64,000 nucleotides of DNA from Gemmatimonadales bacterium (GCA_037189525.1 JBBCJC010000005.1:768001-832000); one strand, 5' to 3'; numbered from the stretch's first letter, positions 30,201 through 41,533 are shown. Translations and numbers: made by a program. Notes: a model not told the origin generated them from the letters alone.

Positions 30201-32843
30201 CTCCGCAAGGAGGCGCATGAAGGTGCCGAACGGTTGCTGGGACGCGGGGCCGCGGACCAGGCGGAGCAGCAACGGATAAAGCGGAAAACCGAGCGCCGCC
30301 AGAAAGCCGGCCGTCCAGATCAGCGGACTGCCCGGCAGAAACAGCCACGCCGCGGCAAGGAACGCGACGGTTCCCGGCGCCACCAGCGTCCGCCGGAGGT
30401 TGTCGAAGATCTTCCAGCGCGCAATCAGCGGAAGCCGGTTGCGTTGGCCCCCACGCCGGCTGGGCACCCACGGAAAGAGCCAGAAGAGAATCTGCCAGTC
30501 GCCGCGAGCCCAGCGATGCTGCCGTCGGGCATGGGCCAGGACGCTTGCCGGGTAGTCGTCGACGACCTCGACGTCGGTGACCAGTCCGACTCGCGCGAAA
30601 AGCCCCTCGAAGAGATCGTGCGACAGCAGCGCATTTTCGGGCACCCGGCCCTCGAGCGACGCTACGAAGGCATCGACGTCGTAGAGGCCCTTGCCGGTAA
30701 AGATCCCTTCGCTGAACAGATCCTGGTAGGTATCGGAAACCGCGGTGGTATAGGGATCGACTCCCGTGTGTCCGGCGTAGACTCTGGCAAAGAGCGATCG
30801 TGCGGCACTCGCCATCGTCACGCTGACTCGCGGCTGCAGGATACCGTAGCCCTCGGTCACCCGGCGCAGCTCGGGATCGAAGTGCGGGCGGTTGAGCGGG
30901 TGGGCGATGATCCCGATCAGCTTCCGGGCAGCATGCAGCGGCAGCGTGGTGTCACTGTCGAGCGTAATGCAGTAGCGCACCGACGGCAGAATCTCGGCCT
31001 CCCCTACATGGGTCCGAAAACTGGTGTCGGTCGCGCCGCGCAGCAGGCGATTGAACTCCTCCAGCTTACCGCGCTTCCGCTCCCAGCCCATCCAGGCGCC
31101 TTCGCCCGAATTCCACTGGCGAACCCGATGAAACAGATGGAAACGGTCGGCGGCGTCCGGGCCGGCCCGGTCGTTCAACTGCATCACCCCGGTCCGGGCC
31201 GCCTCGAGGATCTCGTCGTCACCCGGCATCTCCGCAGCCGGCGCGTCGACGAAATCGCCCAGGATGGCAAAGTGAATCCTGGGGTCGAGATTGCCGAGTG
31301 CCAGGACCTCGAGGTGCTCCAGAAGGTGCTCCACCCCCTCCACGCTGGTCAGCAGCGTGGGGATCACCACCATGGTGCGGCAGTCGTCGGGAATTCCGGC
31401 CTTGAAATCAATGCGCGGCAACCGACGTGGTTCGATGAAGTGCGCGGCAAGCCGCTGAAACAGCGCGATGGCGAGGTCGGTGGCCGGCAGCACGAACAGG
31501 GCTGCACCAAGCAGCACCACGGCCCACCCGCCGCCCTCGGCGCGCAAATAGGCCGCCGCCAGCGCCACCAGCGTGGCTGAGACGATCGTGACCACGCCAA
31601 GATACGCGGCGGTGGCGTGGGCAAAGACCAACCGCTGTAACCGGATCCCCGGCCGCGGGCTGTACTCGACGTCGACCTCGAGATCGCGCCGCCCCTTACC
31701 GATCAGATGATACCCGACATGGGCCGCCCGATCCGCCGGCGACGCAAGCTCGGCAGCCTGACGGGCGCTCTCGACGCTGCGTAGCGCCACTCGCAGCTGC
31801 GCCTCGCCCGAGGACTCGGCCAACTCTTCCACCGCCTGGCGGTACCGATCCCGGCTGTGGAAGTCCATCCGGGCGTAGACCCCGGCCGGATCCCGCTGCA
31901 GCACCTCCTCGACCAGGCTGACACTCTCGAAGTAAGCGGCCCAATCCATGGTCGAGCAAAGCCGGAGACTGGTGATCGCGTTACCAACCGAGACCTGTCC
32001 CGCCGCCTGACTTTGATACTCCATCCGGATCGCGTCTTCGGCGGTCATACCGGGAATGGCCAGCCGCTCTTCCACGGCCGCGCGCACCGGCGACACCAGC
32101 GGGCCATACTCGCGCATCCGCTGCAGCAGGCGTACGGCGTAGGCCGTTTCCAACACACGTGGTAGCGCATCCAACGGCGCGACGGAATCGTTGCTGTCGA
32201 TCAGACTGAGATACTGATCCGCTCGTCGGCGGGCATCGCGCGCGTGGAGCACCTCGTCGGCCAGGCGGCGAAGGTTCTCGATCAGCGCGGCCTTGAGCAT
32301 GATCGGCCAGGCCCACAGTTCCCCGATGGTGAGCGGTGCCACGGTCTGAAAGGCGGCAACGAAGCGCGCCAGCTGCGATCGATCGAACCGTCCGTCGGTG
32401 TGTCCGACCAGTTCGAGCGCCATGGCGTAGACCCGCGCGATGCCCGCCATCTCCCGCGACGCCAGCTTCGGAAGCTGGAGATAGTACGCCTGCGGCAGGT
32501 CATGGCCGATTCCGCGGATCTCGGTCTCGATCAGATGAAAATTGTCGAGCAGCCATTCCGCAGCCGGCGGAACGAACTCGCCGCGATGGACATCGTCTGC
32601 CAGGATACGGTAAGTATCTCGGAGGACTCGGAGGTTGTCCTTGATCCGAGTGAAGAAAGGACGAGTTCCGCGCCGACGGTTACGGGTCAGTGTAAAACGG
32701 GCGGCGAGCAGTTTGGCCCGCTCCTCCAACCGCTCGATACTCAGCAACTCGGCACGGAGCGGTCTTTCGGCCCCGGGCCGGCGGCCGCCGCCGAAGAGGC
32801 CGGATGACACTGGGGTACTAGTCAAGGCGCGGAGCCCGATCAC
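24279..32843 (-). CDS. ndvB: Cyclic beta-1,2-glucan synthase (GT84 + glucoamylase-like + GH94 domains)
   Basis: 2854 aa; [84 protein letters not shown]. Confidence 0.95.
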   Translation of the reverse strand: MIGLRALTSTPVSSGLFGGGRRPGAERPLRAELLSIERLEERAKLLAARFTLTRNRRRGTRPFFTRIKDNLRVLRDTYRILADDVHRGEFVPPAAEWLLDNFHLIETEIRGIGHDLPQAYYLQLPKLASREMAGIARVYAMALELVGHTDGRFDRSQLARFVAAFQTVAPLTIGELWAWPIMLKAALIENLRRLADEVLHARDARRRADQYLSLIDSNDSVAPLDALPRVLETAYAVRLLQRMREYGPLVSPVRAAVEERLAIPGMTAEDAIRMEYQSQAAGQVSVGNAITSLRLCSTMDWAAYFESVSLVEEVLQRDPAGVYARMDFHSRDRYRQAVEELAESSGEAQLRVALRSVESARQAAELASPADRAAHVGYHLIGKGRRDLEVDVEYSPRPGIRLQRLVFAHATAAYLGVVTIVSATLVALAAAYLRAEGGGWAVVLLGAALFVLPATDLAIALFQRLAAHFIEPRRLPRIDFKAGIPDDCRTMVVIPTLLTSVEGVEHLLEHLEVLALGNLDPRIHFAILGDFVDAPAAEMPGDDEILEAARTGVMQLNDRAGPDAADRFHLFHRVRQWNSGEGAWMGWERKRGKLEEFNRLLRGATDTSFRTHVGEAEILPSVRYCITLDSDTTLPLHAARKLIGIIAHPLNRPHFDPELRRVTEGYGILQPRVSVTMASAARSLFARVYAGHTGVDPYTTAVSDTYQDLFSEGIFTGKGLYDVDAFVASLEGRVPENALLSHDLFEGLFARVGLVTDVEVVDDYPASVLAHARRQHRWARGDWQILFWLFPWVPSRRGGQRNRLPLIARWKIFDNLRRTLVAPGTVAFLAAAWLFLPGSPLIWTAGFLAALGFPLYPLLLRLVRGPASQQPFGTFMRLLAEDAQTAAAQVLLQITFLAFHAYEMVHAIVLTLVRLVFTQQRLLEWETADVAAARAARLGARRGVRVFIGEMAASSIIGGVLLVAIIAIRPGSLLVAGPILVLWLAAPLIAYWLSRPVPPTRRPLSADDRRTLRLIARKTWRYFATFAGPENHGLPPDNFQETPVPTVAHRTSPTNIGMGLLSTLAAHDLGFITTDELIERVEAVLDTMDRMEQYQGHLLNWYDTRTLEPLLPRYVSTVDSGNLAGALLALGEGLRGLVDEPQTAAQRCAGLADTVVLAEQTLPAEADGPVGAIGRAREAMASLRLSLLGPGDPAANLALAREMIGPLSDAIAALAPDGVASEEVAEAAYWVEAVVAGLDAETSRGDEVAAAARLSELARRAVAFADGMEFGFLYDRERHLFAIGHRADAEGLRLDPFFYDLLASEARLASFVAITKGDVPDTHWFHLGRLLTSVDGSPTLLSWSASLFEYLMPLLVMKTYPGTLLDESCSRAVHRQREYGRQQGVPWGISECAFNVVDHHGTYQYKAFGVPGLGMKRGLGDELVVAPYATALAAMIDPEAAARNFRRLAEEGVDGRYGFYEAVDYTHRKGEEDERITEPKPHGSRGVIVRSFMAHHQGMSIVALANVVLEGRMVDRFHTDPRVRAASLLLQERVPRHSPITRVRPAEETRVAAPVPAVAVRRFRTARTRYPHAQFISNGTYTTVVTNAGGGASFCRGNVVTRHREDATRDVGSQFLYLRDVRSGLVWSPTYHPTKREPEEYLVTFQAERATFRRRDEGIATQLDIVVSPEDDVEVRRLTVTNQTDRPRELEVTSYAEIVLASLSADLAHPAFNKLFIETEYLPAAAALICSRRPRAHDEPRLWAVHVLSIEGRMQGAVEWETDRARFLGRGRGPEDPIALEGRPLSGMTGAVLDPIVSLRQRIRLAPGGVVRLSFATGIASTREDAVALAYKYHASSAAARTFALAFSQAQSTLRYLGISGVDAQLFERLASRVLYADNSLRADPELLARNVLGQSGLWAHGISGDLPILLVRIVTGDDFDLARQVLQGQEYWRLKGLSVDVVILNEYPIGYIDDIQVQLAALLDSGPWGAWKQRSGGVFLLRGDRMREEERILLATVARAVLSGDRGSLSTQLDLPYAEPNIQREPEMLAAASAVPDPEVPIEVPPRLLTNGTGGFSADGRDYIIVLDGDRDTPVPWVNVIANPNFGTVVSASGSAYTWSENSRENRLTPFSNDPVTDPATEALFLRDDDSGDIWSPTPGPIRRSVDGGRYLIRHGAGESSFVHGSRGVLQELTVLVDPMDPLKFSVLTLTNRTDRTRRLSVFGYSEWRLGPPQSGERLHVLTEHDVDTGAVLAANRYNQDFAERVAFFHASEPVESATGSRLAFLGRNGSPSRPAGLSHAVLSGEFGAGLDPCAALQVRIVLAPGESRRVVFLLGQGRDRADALDLIRRYGSVAAADSALEASRRLWSDVIETVQVRTPDDSFDVMMNGWLVYQNLSCRLWARSAFYQPGGAYGFRDQLQDVMALVLARPDLVRAHILRAAGRQFVEGDVQHWWHEPAGRGLRSKCSDDLLWLPYVVAHYVSVTGDHAILDEVVPYLESPLLEAGEVEAYQLPSVSATSGSLFDHCIRAVDRGLTAGSHGLPLMGASDWNDGMNRVGVEGRGESVWLGWFIHTVLRRFIPLCEARDPARATRYARQAIRLAAVLDRAWDGEWYRRGYYDDGTPLGSAQNDEGKIDSIAQSWAVLSGVAPLKRAERAMDAVRTQLVRRDARVVLLLTPPFDQSAQDPGYIKAYPPGVRENGAQYTHAAVWTVMAVAELGNGDEAVELFHLLNPINHTRSAAEVAHYKTEPYVLAGDVYSHPAHAGRGGWTWYTGSAGWLYRAGLESILGLTRRGDTFTVDPCIPTAWPEFTISWRHGRSRYEITVGNPERRCRGVTGVMLDGVPVNPLEIPLVDDGGIHQVYVLLGDRRRPAR

Positions 32844-33360
32844 TTCGAACCGTTGGGCCGCGTGAATGGGGCGGAAAATCCTCCAAATGCATTTTTACTC
32901 CTCTTACGACTCGCAATGTAGCGGGACGAGGTACCGGCGACGGTTATCTGGCCATTCCATGTGGAGACGAACATTCGTTCACATCCATCACTAGGGATCG
33001 CTCGCTCGGCCCACTCCGCCTCTACGACAAAGAACGGATCCGGCTGGCGTGGCATGCCGGCCGACTCGGAGGGAACGTCGTGGACAGCGAATGGGAGAGC
33101 TTGAGGCTCGCAACGTGAAAGGGCCAACAGTGCGACAGAAGAAAGGACTGCCCCGTTACGGATCGAGGCGGAATTGCCTGTCGGGAGGATTTCAGGTCGG
33201 CAAGTCAGGTGCGCGGACCAATGGCACAGGTGGACGATTTTGGTCCACAAGGGCGCAAAATGGCATCGCAGATTCCCCGTTGCGTCTCAAGAGGGCAGGA
33301 TAGGATTCGCCGTTGCCGGTGAGAAGTCACCTGGCGGTCGACGCTCCAACACCCGCTCAG

Positions 33361-33406
33361 GTTGACATCTTACCCAAGCATGACATTTTACAGGTAAGAT
33401 GTCTAC
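33361..33406 (+). promoter_or_regulatory. Sigma-70-type promoter overlapped by putative PadR operator
   Basis: TTGACA at 33362; TGnCATTTT at 33381-33389; inverted repeat GACATCTTACC (33364-33374) / GGTAAGATGTC (33393-33403). Confidence 0.7.
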
Positions 33407-33749
33407 CCGAGAAGAGAACGAGCGCCTTGAGCTCCTCCAAGGAACGTTGGGTCTCCTGATCCTTCGGACGCTTGTCTTCGGACCGCAACACGGTCAGGGA
33501 ATCGCCCGCACCATTCAGGCGACGTCCGAAGACGAGCTTCTGGTGGAGCATGGCGCATTGTATCCGGCGCTCCAACGTCTGGAAGCGCAGGGATGGATCT
33601 CCGCCAAATGGGGCACCTCGGTGAATAATCGGAGGGCCCGGTTCTATTCGCTGACGGCCGCGGGCCGCAAACAACTGGCGAGGGAAACCAGCAAGTGGCA
33701 GCGTCTGGCAACGGCGATCGGTCGAGTCCTCGGAACCACGATGAACTAG
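33399..33749 (+). CDS. PadR-family transcriptional regulator
   Basis: [46 protein letters not shown]. Confidence 0.95.
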   Translation: MSTREENERLELLQGTLGLLILRTLVFGPQHGQGIARTIQATSEDELLVEHGALYPALQRLEAQGWISAKWGTSVNNRRARFYSLTAAGRKQLARETSKWQRLATAIGRVLGTTMN

Positions 33750-33760
33750 GCAACGGAACC

Positions 33761-36412
33761 ATGCCACGAAGCGAGCGTCCCACATCGGACTTCGACGACG
33801 AGATCGAAGCACACCTCCAGCTCGAGGCGGACCGACTCCGACAGCTGGGATCGAGCGATGCGGAAGCGAATGCCGCAGCGCGACGATCGTTCGGCAACGT
33901 GGGTCAGACCAAGGAACGTTTCTACGAGCGTGGCCGTTGGCTCTGGTGGGACCAACTCCGCCAGGATGTCCGATTGAGCTTCCGCACCCTGCTCAGGAGT
34001 CCGGGATTCACGGCAGTCGCGGTACTCACGTTGGCGCTCGGGATCGGCGCCAACACCGCCATCTACTCGGTTGTGGACGCCATCCTTCTCCGCCCCCTCC
34101 CCTATCCGGAGTCCGACCGGATCGTCCGCGTGGCCGCAACACGGCATGCATCTGCTCAGCTTCCGGGATACTCGGGTTCCGGCGGCCGCGATCGGGAAGC
34201 GCACTTCTCAGACCGCGGCTACTGGCACTTCGCTCGATACAACCGCACCTTCACAATCTTCGGAGGATATCGTCCACAACCTCGCCATGTCCCTCTGACC
34301 GGCGAGGACACACCGCAGCAGGTGATCCTGGCGCAGATGACGCGGAGCGCTTTCGACGTACTCGGCATCTCACCCGAGCTCGGCCGCCTTCCCACGCTAT
34401 CGGAGGACCAACCGAACGGGCCGAACGTCGCGCTCCTGAGCCACGATTTCTGGGTGAATCACTACGGTGCCGATGCTTCGATCGTTGGTCGCACGATCGA
34501 GCTCTTCGGGGTCTCCACCGAGGTCATTGGCATCATGCCCAGCTGGTACAACTTCCCTACTCCCGCGACCGAAGTCTGGATTCCCCTTCGACTCGACCCC
34601 GGAAGTCCACACTACGAGGGTCACAATATCGCGGCTATTGCCCGACTTGCTTCCGATGCAACGGTACAATCGGCCACGCACGATGCACAGCGACTGATCT
34701 CACAGTTCACCGAAGTCGGGTATGGAGCCGAATGGCTCGTCCGCGTCTTCGACGGCGGCGCCAGAGTGTGGCGACTCCAGGATGATGTGGTGGGAGACGT
34801 TCGCCTTTCCCTGTTCGTTGTCTTCGGAACGGTGGGCCTCGTGCTCCTCATCGCGTGTGGTAACGTCGCCAACCTCCTTCTAGTACGCGCCGATGGCCGG
34901 AACCGTGAGAGCGCGGTCCGGTTGGCCCTGGGATGTGGACGCGGCAGGCTGATCCGGCATGCCTGCACGGAGATCGTCATCCTGGTACTGGCGGGGGGAG
35001 CGCTTGGACTCCTCGTCGCACTGCTCGCCACCCAAGCGCTTGCTGCCATCGGGCCTAGCGGCATTCCGCGCCTCGATGAGGTCGGCATCCGAGGATCGGC
35101 GATCGTATTTACCTCCGTCGTTTCTCTGGCCACCGCCGTCCTGTTCGGGACACTACCGGCGCTCGAAGCGGGATCCCGAAAAGCGTTGTCGGCCCTCCAA
35201 ACCGGAGCACAAGGAGCCGGCGGGAAGCGCCGAAATCGCGTGCGGAACACGTTACTCGTCGCCCAGGTGGCTCTCGCCGTAGTGGTGCTCGCGGGGTCGG
35301 GGCTAATGATGCGCACCTTCCGAACCCTACGGTCCCTCGACCCTGGGTTCGACCCGCGACATGTCCTGACGTTCGACCTCCGTCCTCTCGCAACGACATA
35401 TCGAAGTCCAGCGGCACTGGTGCAGTTCTATGAGCAGCTGACGGAACGGCTCCAGTCGTTACCCGGTATCGTCCATGCCGGGGCGGTCGATTATCTCCCG
35501 CTCACCCAGGGGCCAGGGATGATCCTGAGAGCGGTCGTCGCGGAGCAACCGCAAACCGAGGAGCTCACACCCACGTTTCTGGTTCGGCGTGCGAGCCCGC
35601 AATACTTCGACGCGATGAGCATTCCGATCGTCGAGGGTCGCTCGTTCACGCTGGACGACCATCGCCAGCGCTCGGGCGCCGTAATCATCAGCCACTCGAT
35701 CAAGCGGAGATACTGGCCACACGAAAGCGCTCTCGACAAGCGCATCACAATCGAAGGAGTCCTCCCCGGGAGGATCGTCGGGGTCGTCGGAGACGTTCAC
35801 GATGTCGCACTCGAAACCCCCGCCGAGCCGTTCATTTACCTGCCCATGATCGATTCGCTCGGCACCGGTGGCGACCCCATGACGTTCGTGATCCGAGCCG
35901 AGGACGACCCCCGCGGTCTGATTCCGACAGTTCGCGACGCGATCGCCAAGTTGGACCCCGAACTTCCGATCGGTACTCCACGAAGCGTGGAGTCCATCGT
36001 GAACGACTCGATCAGTCGGACGACCTTCACGATGATGCTGCTCGTGCTTGGCGCTGGGGTCGCGTTGCTCCTCGGATCGGTCGGTGTTTACGGGGTCATC
36101 GCATACATCGTGGCGCAGCGCACGCCCGAGATCGCCATTCGACTTGCGCTAGGGTCGGCGCCGCGCAAGGCCGGGGCTTTGGTGCTGGCGCAAGGTATGC
36201 GTCTTGCGAGCTTCGGTGTGTTGATCGGTCTTGCCGGCGCCGCCGCGCTGGGAAGGGTGCTGGCATCCCTTCTGTTCGAGGTAAGCCCTCTCGATCCGAT
36301 CTCCCTGATCGGAGCTGCTGTCCTCTTCCTCGCAATGGCGTTCGTGGCCACGTCGCTTCCTGCACGGCGCGCTACCAACACCAACCCCATGGCCGTGCTT
36401 CGGAACGATTGA
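33761..36412 (+). CDS. Duplicated MacB/FtsX-type ABC permease (ADOP-like)
   Basis: [55 protein letters not shown]; two periplasmic+FtsX repeats. Confidence 0.93.
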   Translation: MPRSERPTSDFDDEIEAHLQLEADRLRQLGSSDAEANAAARRSFGNVGQTKERFYERGRWLWWDQLRQDVRLSFRTLLRSPGFTAVAVLTLALGIGANTAIYSVVDAILLRPLPYPESDRIVRVAATRHASAQLPGYSGSGGRDREAHFSDRGYWHFARYNRTFTIFGGYRPQPRHVPLTGEDTPQQVILAQMTRSAFDVLGISPELGRLPTLSEDQPNGPNVALLSHDFWVNHYGADASIVGRTIELFGVSTEVIGIMPSWYNFPTPATEVWIPLRLDPGSPHYEGHNIAAIARLASDATVQSATHDAQRLISQFTEVGYGAEWLVRVFDGGARVWRLQDDVVGDVRLSLFVVFGTVGLVLLIACGNVANLLLVRADGRNRESAVRLALGCGRGRLIRHACTEIVILVLAGGALGLLVALLATQALAAIGPSGIPRLDEVGIRGSAIVFTSVVSLATAVLFGTLPALEAGSRKALSALQTGAQGAGGKRRNRVRNTLLVAQVALAVVVLAGSGLMMRTFRTLRSLDPGFDPRHVLTFDLRPLATTYRSPAALVQFYEQLTERLQSLPGIVHAGAVDYLPLTQGPGMILRAVVAEQPQTEELTPTFLVRRASPQYFDAMSIPIVEGRSFTLDDHRQRSGAVIISHSIKRRYWPHESALDKRITIEGVLPGRIVGVVGDVHDVALETPAEPFIYLPMIDSLGTGGDPMTFVIRAEDDPRGLIPTVRDAIAKLDPELPIGTPRSVESIVNDSISRTTFTMMLLVLGAGVALLLGSVGVYGVIAYIVAQRTPEIAIRLALGSAPRKAGALVLAQGMRLASFGVLIGLAGAAALGRVLASLLFEVSPLDPISLIGAAVLFLAMAFVATSLPARRATNTNPMAVLRND

Positions 36413-36527
36413 CGGTCGCTACCCCTTCCCTTGTCCCGCCTGGCACTAGACGATCTCGGCCGAACTCGTCCCAGTCACCCTACGTTCTTCCGAGGAACCG
36501 GAGCACGAGAGTCCAAGAGTACAGCAG

Positions 36528-36689
36528 ATGCCGTCCGACTATCGTCTCGACGGAAGGGTGACATTGTACGTAGATTCCCAGTTCTACGGACAACGAGCAT
36601 CGGAGCTTCTTCGGTTCGATTGCGAATTCAAGAAGTACCGTTGGTGTGGCTGGATCGATCAACCGGAATCGAAACCGCCCGAGGTGTGA
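36528..36689 (+). CDS. Putative 53-aa small protein
   Basis: MPSDYRLDGRVTLYVDSQFYGQRASELLRFDCEFKKYRWCGWIDQPESKPPEV*; stop overlaps next ATG (TGATG); weak RBS. Confidence 0.3.
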   Translation: MPSDYRLDGRVTLYVDSQFYGQRASELLRFDCEFKKYRWCGWIDQPESKPPEV

Positions 36690-37372
36690 TGAGCCAGGAA
36701 CGACGATACGATGAACAGGAAGTCGCCGAGATCCTGGAGCGTGCCACCGCCCTCGAGGCGACGGGCGCGCCGGTTCGCTCCCCCGCTTCGACCGGCCTCA
36801 CCCTGGCACAGTTGCAGGAAATCGGTGCCGAAGTGGGCATTCCGGCCGAGCGAATCGCGGAAGCGACTCGCGCAGTTGCCAACCGAATGCCCAGCCCAGA
36901 GGTGCGAACCTTCCTGGGTGAGCCCCGTTCGGTATCACGAACCGTTTCCATTCCCCGGGCGCTCGACGATGCCGAGTGGACCCGCCTGGTGGTGGACCTT
37001 CGCGAGACGTTCGGCGCCGAGGGGCAGATTCGGGTTCACGGCCCACTCCGTTCTTGGAGCAACGGAAACCTGCGGGTCCACGTCGAGCCGGACGGCGATC
37101 GCTATCGGGTCCGGATGCAGACGCTCAAGGGCGATACGCTCCCCCGGGCGGCAATGGGAGGGGTGATCGCAGGCACGGGCGGGTTCCTGTTTCTCTCGGC
37201 CTCTGGAGGCGGACTGCCGCCGGTGGGAGTAGCCGTAATGGCAGCGGTTATGGCGCTAGGTGGGCTGAGCCAGGTGATCTACGCCCGCGCCCGCTTACCC
37301 GGCTGGGCAGCCGAGCGAGCGGCGCAAATGGAGGCGCTGGCCGAGCGGATCACGCGACTCGTCGGTGAATAG
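36689..37372 (+). CDS. Hypothetical membrane protein
   Basis: GAGGTG RBS; RRYDEQEVAEILERA...LTLAQLQEIGAEVGIPAERI N-terminus; two C-terminal TM helices. Confidence 0.8.
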   Translation: MSQERRYDEQEVAEILERATALEATGAPVRSPASTGLTLAQLQEIGAEVGIPAERIAEATRAVANRMPSPEVRTFLGEPRSVSRTVSIPRALDDAEWTRLVVDLRETFGAEGQIRVHGPLRSWSNGNLRVHVEPDGDRYRVRMQTLKGDTLPRAAMGGVIAGTGGFLFLSASGGGLPPVGVAVMAAVMALGGLSQVIYARARLPGWAAERAAQMEALAERITRLVGE

Positions 37373-37810
37373 CTAACGTCCAGATGACGGCTTCTTCAAA
37401 GGAACAAGCTCGACGGAGAGTCCCGGCACCCGCTTGAATTCCGCCGCGTTCGTGGTCATGACCGCGAGAGAGTTTGCGATGGCGACGGACGCGATCCAGA
37501 GATCGTGGGCACCGATCAAACGTCCGGTCGCCCGCAGTTCGCTCCACAACTTGGCATGCACTCGCGATGCAGGAAGGTCGATCTCGACGATCGGGAACGC
37601 GGCAAGCACGGCTTCCACGAACGCTGAGCGGGCCATTTGGCGTCGAGGCGAGTCGGCAAGGTGAACGCCATGGAGTAACTCGCTGGCAGTAATGACGGAG
37701 AGATAGGTCAGATCGAGCCGGCCGGCCGTTATGGCCCCCAACTCGAGGCGCCCGCGTTCGGCAGCGATGATGACCGAGCTATCGAGCAGAACGCCGGTCA
37801 CACCTGCCAT
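37373..37810 (-). CDS. vapC: PIN-domain toxin
   Basis: LLDSSVII, SELLHG, IGAHDLWIA, TTNAAEF acidic PIN motifs. Confidence 0.92.
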   Translation of the reverse strand: MAGVTGVLLDSSVIIAAERGRLELGAITAGRLDLTYLSVITASELLHGVHLADSPRRQMARSAFVEAVLAAFPIVEIDLPASRVHAKLWSELRATGRLIGAHDLWIASVAIANSLAVMTTNAAEFKRVPGLSVELVPLKKPSSGR

Positions 37811-38076
37811 GGATCACGCAGCGGCTTGGCATCGAGTGCCTTCCGGCTGGCTCTCACATCCGCCTCGAAGGCCGCCGCATCCTCAGCGGAAAGATGTGGA
37901 AGCGCCTCGAACAAAGCCGGCAACTCGGCAAGCGGGAAACCGGGATGCACCGGACGCAGCTCGGCTACCGGTCGGTTCCCCCGCAGCAGCACGAATCGCT
38001 CCCGCCTGAACACGACACGATTGATGTATTCCGAGAAGTGGCGCGCCACTTCAGTGACCGTTCTCCGAGCTGACAT
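37798..38076 (-). CDS. Phd/YefM-family antitoxin
   Basis: TVTEVARHFSEYINRV...FVLLRGNRPVAELRP; overlaps toxin start. Confidence 0.88.
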   Translation of the reverse strand: MSARRTVTEVARHFSEYINRVVFRRERFVLLRGNRPVAELRPVHPGFPLAELPALFEALPHLSAEDAAAFEADVRASRKALDAKPLRDPWQV

Positions 38077-38141
38077 GCCATCATATTATCAGATTCCATG
38101 AGAGCAGCAAGTCCCCACAACACCATAAGCCGCGGTGTCGC

Positions 38142-38182
38142 AAAGACAAAGTCCCGCACGACTCGGTAAGTCGTTGCGGGAC
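38142..38182 (-). terminator. Rho-independent terminator downstream of tRNA
   Basis: Hairpin GTCCCGCA(A)CGACT-TACCG-AGTCGTGCGGGAC followed by TTTGTCTTT on the minus strand. Confidence 0.7.
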
Positions 38183-38196
38183 AATGATTAATGAAA

Positions 38197-38270
<74 letters not shown>

Positions 38271-38382
38271 CAACTGGCGCCGCTCCCTATCGAGAACAGC
38301 CCTTTAGGATAGCCACCAACCATCCAGCTGCGCAACCTCACGCGGGGGATCCACCCGATCTCCCGCGCCCGGATGCGACCGG

Positions 38383-38592
38383 CTACTCCTCGTCCTCGTC
38401 GTCGACGTCGAAGCCGAAATCTTCGTCGAGTTCGTCCTCATCCTCGTCTTCGAACTCGTCATCGCCATCGCCATCGAACTCGTCGTCCTCGTCTTCATCA
38501 TCGAACGAGAAACCGTCGCCGTCATCTTCCTCGTCTTCATCGAACCGACGACGCAGCTCAACGTCTTCAAATGACGCCCACACGGCCGACAT
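38383..38592 (-). CDS. Very acidic 69-aa small protein
   Basis: AGGAGG RBS 4 nt before ATG; GC-biased third positions; 41 of 69 residues D/E. Confidence 0.75.
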   Translation of the reverse strand: MSAVWASFEDVELRRRFDEDEEDDGDGFSFDDEDEDDEFDGDGDDEFEDEDEDELDEDFGFDVDDEDEE

Positions 38593-38638
38593 GGAGCCTC
38601 CTGCCTTCCTGGAGATTGAGGGTAGCACAGTACGCATC

Positions 38639-40483
38639 TTACGCATTCGCCTCCCGGGCCATGGCCCGAGCAACCTTCCGACGCTCCGTCTGAGGCAGGA
38701 TCCGCTTCCGAAGTCGAATCGTTTCCGGCGTGACTTCGATCAACTCATCATCCTCGATGTACTCGAGCGCATACTCCAACGTAATGTCGCGCGGCGGCTC
38801 CAGCATGACGTTTTCGTCCGACGCCGTCGTGCGCATATTAGTCAACTTTTTCTCTTTGGCTACGTTGACGTCCATGTCCTCGGGCCGCGAGTTCTCACCC
38901 ACGATCATCCCCTCATAGACATCCACACCTGGCGCCACGAACAGCGAGGCGCGCTCCTGCAAATTCCCCAGCGCAAATGCCACCGCGCGGCCTTCCCGGT
39001 CCGCCACCAGCACGCCGCGCTTCCGCCCAGCCAGCGGGCCGGCCCAAGGACCGTACTCCAGGTACCGGTGATGTAACGTTCCCGTGCCCCGAGTATCGGT
39101 CAGGAACTCGGAACGGTAGCCGAAGAGCCCCCGCGCCGGAATCTTGAACATCAGCCGAACGGTGCCTTGCCCCGCATTCCGCATCTCGACCATCTCGGCC
39201 CGGCGCGGACCGAGCTTTTCCATCACCGCCCCCATGTACGTCTCGGCGACATCGACCATCAACTCTTCATACGGCTCGAGCCGCTGGCCGTCCGCCCCTT
39301 CGCGCGTAATGACCCGGGGCCGGGAGACCTGGAACTCGTATCCCTCGCGCCGCATCGTTTCCATCAGGATGCCCAGGTGGAGCTCACCCCGGCCGCTGAC
39401 CGCCAGCGTATCGGGCGAATCCGTCTCCTCGACTTTGAGCGCCACGTTGCGCTCGAGTTCCTTGAAGAGCCGGTCCCGCACCTGGCGACTGGTGACGAAC
39501 TTGCCCTCACGTCCCGAAAACGGCGAGTTGTTGAGCGCGAAATCGACCGAAATGGTCGGCAACTCGACCGCGATGCCCGCCAACCGCTCGGGATGCTCGA
39601 CCTCGGTCAGCGTCTTGCTGATGTCGATCCCGTCGAATCCGGAGACCACCACGATGTCGCCGGCGGACGCCTCGGGAACCTCGACCCGCGACAGCCCTTC
39701 GAACGTAAAGAGCTTGCTGATCCGGCTCCGCTCGATCCCCTCGGTCACCAGCCCCGGCTCACCCAGCGGCAGGAGCGCAATCGGATCGCCCACCTTGACC
39801 CGCCCCCGCTCGATCCGACCGATGCCCAGCCGGCCGAGGAAGGCCGAGTGGTCGAGGGTCGAGATCAGCATCTGGAAAGGCCCCTCGGGGTCGCCCTTGG
39901 GCGGCGGGACATGGGCCACGATGGCGTCGAACAGCGGCTCCAGATCGGTCCCCGGCGCCTCCAGCGACTTCGAGGCCGTTCCCTGCCGGCTCGAGGTGTA
40001 CAGGAACGGAGCCTCCAACTGCTCGTGCGAGGCCTCGAGGTCGATGAAGAGACCCAGCACCTCGTCATGTACCCTGTACGGCTCGGCGTCCGCCCGGTCG
40101 ATCTTGTTGATCGCCACGATCGGGGTGAGACCGAGTCCCAACGCCTTCCGGGTCACGAAACGGGTCTGGGGCATAGGCCCCTCGGCCGCATCGACCAGAA
40201 TCAGCACGCCGTCGACCATGCGCAGGATCCGCTCGACCTCGCCTCCAAAGTCGGCGTGGCCAGGCGTGTCGACGATGTTGATCTTGGTACCCTTCCACCG
40301 AACGGCTGTGTTCTTCGCGAGAATGGTGATCCCGCGCTCCCGTTCGAGCGGATTGGAATCCATCACCCGCTCTTCGACCTGCTGATTGTCACGGAAGACC
40401 CCCGCCTGGCGGAGCATCTGGTCCACCAGCGTGGTCTTCCCGTGGTCTACGTGCGCGATGATTGCGATGTTCCGAATTTGCAC
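38639..40483 (-). CDS. typA: Translational GTPase TypA/BipA
   Basis: RNIAIIAHVDHGKTT, DTPGHADFGGEVER, NKID, GRGELHL, KKLTNMR; GTG start after AAGGGGG. Confidence 0.97.
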   Translation of the reverse strand: MQIRNIAIIAHVDHGKTTLVDQMLRQAGVFRDNQQVEERVMDSNPLERERGITILAKNTAVRWKGTKINIVDTPGHADFGGEVERILRMVDGVLILVDAAEGPMPQTRFVTRKALGLGLTPIVAINKIDRADAEPYRVHDEVLGLFIDLEASHEQLEAPFLYTSSRQGTASKSLEAPGTDLEPLFDAIVAHVPPPKGDPEGPFQMLISTLDHSAFLGRLGIGRIERGRVKVGDPIALLPLGEPGLVTEGIERSRISKLFTFEGLSRVEVPEASAGDIVVVSGFDGIDISKTLTEVEHPERLAGIAVELPTISVDFALNNSPFSGREGKFVTSRQVRDRLFKELERNVALKVEETDSPDTLAVSGRGELHLGILMETMRREGYEFQVSRPRVITREGADGQRLEPYEELMVDVAETYMGAVMEKLGPRRAEMVEMRNAGQGTVRLMFKIPARGLFGYRSEFLTDTRGTGTLHHRYLEYGPWAGPLAGRKRGVLVADREGRAVAFALGNLQERASLFVAPGVDVYEGMIVGENSRPEDMDVNVAKEKKLTNMRTTASDENVMLEPPRDITLEYALEYIEDDELIEVTPETIRLRKRILPQTERRKVARAMAREANA

Positions 40484-40554
40484 AGCCCGGCCCCCTTGCG
40501 CGGCCATATATAGGGACTGCCCTGGGAGGGCGCAAGGGACAGGCCAGATCGGCC

Positions 40555-41490
40555 CTAATGGCGGTGGGACCCGGGTCCGGCCCCATGGTGATGGTGATCA
40601 TGGCCACCGTGCCCGGCCAGCGTCCGATGACCTCCCCGGAGGAGGCAGTCGAGCCCGTCGCAATGGTCCTCGATCTCGAGTTGCAGGGTCGAGTGCTGGA
40701 TTCCCAGATCGGTCAGCTGGTGGAGCATTTCCCGCAGCGCGGCAGGGTGACGCGTCAGGTCAGGTACCAGCGCGTGGCCGCTCATGGCCACCACGCCGCT
40801 GGTCACGGTCCAGACGTGGAGGTCGTGGACATCCGTGACGCCCTCGACGCCCAGTAGCCGGTCCCGAACCTGGTCGAGAGGCACATGGGGCGGCGCTGCC
40901 TCCAGCAACACCGAGGTGCTCTCGCGGAGCAACCTCCAGGCTGCCCAGAAAATGACCACGGACAGGATGATCGACACGATCGGGTCGGCCGCGGTCCAGC
41001 CGGTAAACCAGACCACCACCGCCGCCAGCAGCGCACCGACCGAACCCAGGGCATCGCTCAGGACGTGCAGGTACGCGCCCCGCACGTTGAGGCCGCCGTG
41101 CCGGACATCGTGCAGCACTCGCAGACTGACCAGGTTGATCAGCAGCCCGGCCACCGCCGCCGCCAGGAAGATGCCCACCCGGATCGGTTGCGGATTGCCG
41201 ATCCGCTCGACGGCCTCGAAGATGACGGCGATCGCGATCCCGATCAGCGCGACGCTGTTGACGACCGCCGCAAAGATCTCGAGCCGGAGGTAGCCGAACG
41301 TCTTCGACGGCGAGGCCGGCCGCCGGGCTAGCCACGCCGTGAAAGCCGCCAGCGACAGCGCACCGACATCGACCAGCATGTGCCCGGCATCGGCCAGCAG
41401 GGCCAGCGACCCGCTGATCCAGCCCGCGACGGCCTCGATAACCATGAAGATCGAGGCCAGGACCAGGACCAGAATCAACTTGCGCGACAC
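40555..41490 (-). CDS. czcD: Cation diffusion facilitator (Zn/Co/Cd efflux)
   Basis: SLALLADAGHML, FGYLRLE, AYLHVLSD, VHDLHVW; His-rich C-tail; start approximate. Confidence 0.9.
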   Translation of the reverse strand: MSRKLILVLVLASIFMVIEAVAGWISGSLALLADAGHMLVDVGALSLAAFTAWLARRPASPSKTFGYLRLEIFAAVVNSVALIGIAIAVIFEAVERIGNPQPIRVGIFLAAAVAGLLINLVSLRVLHDVRHGGLNVRGAYLHVLSDALGSVGALLAAVVVWFTGWTAADPIVSIILSVVIFWAAWRLLRESTSVLLEAAPPHVPLDQVRDRLLGVEGVTDVHDLHVWTVTSGVVAMSGHALVPDLTRHPAALREMLHQLTDLGIQHSTLQLEIEDHCDGLDCLLRGGHRTLAGHGGHDHHHHGAGPGSHRH

Positions 41491-41533
41491 GACCTCTCGC
41501 TCCGGCCGGGTCGCGCTACTAACGTTGTGGCGT

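Noticed and set aside
32844..33360. Short ORFs in the ndvB-padR intergenic region
   Set aside because: No convincing RBS, codon bias or motifs; treated as regulatory/degenerate DNA.
38383..38545. TCGTC-rich tract as tandem repeat or CRISPR
   Set aside because: Explained by Asp/Glu codons; no repeat-spacer periodicity and no cas genes.
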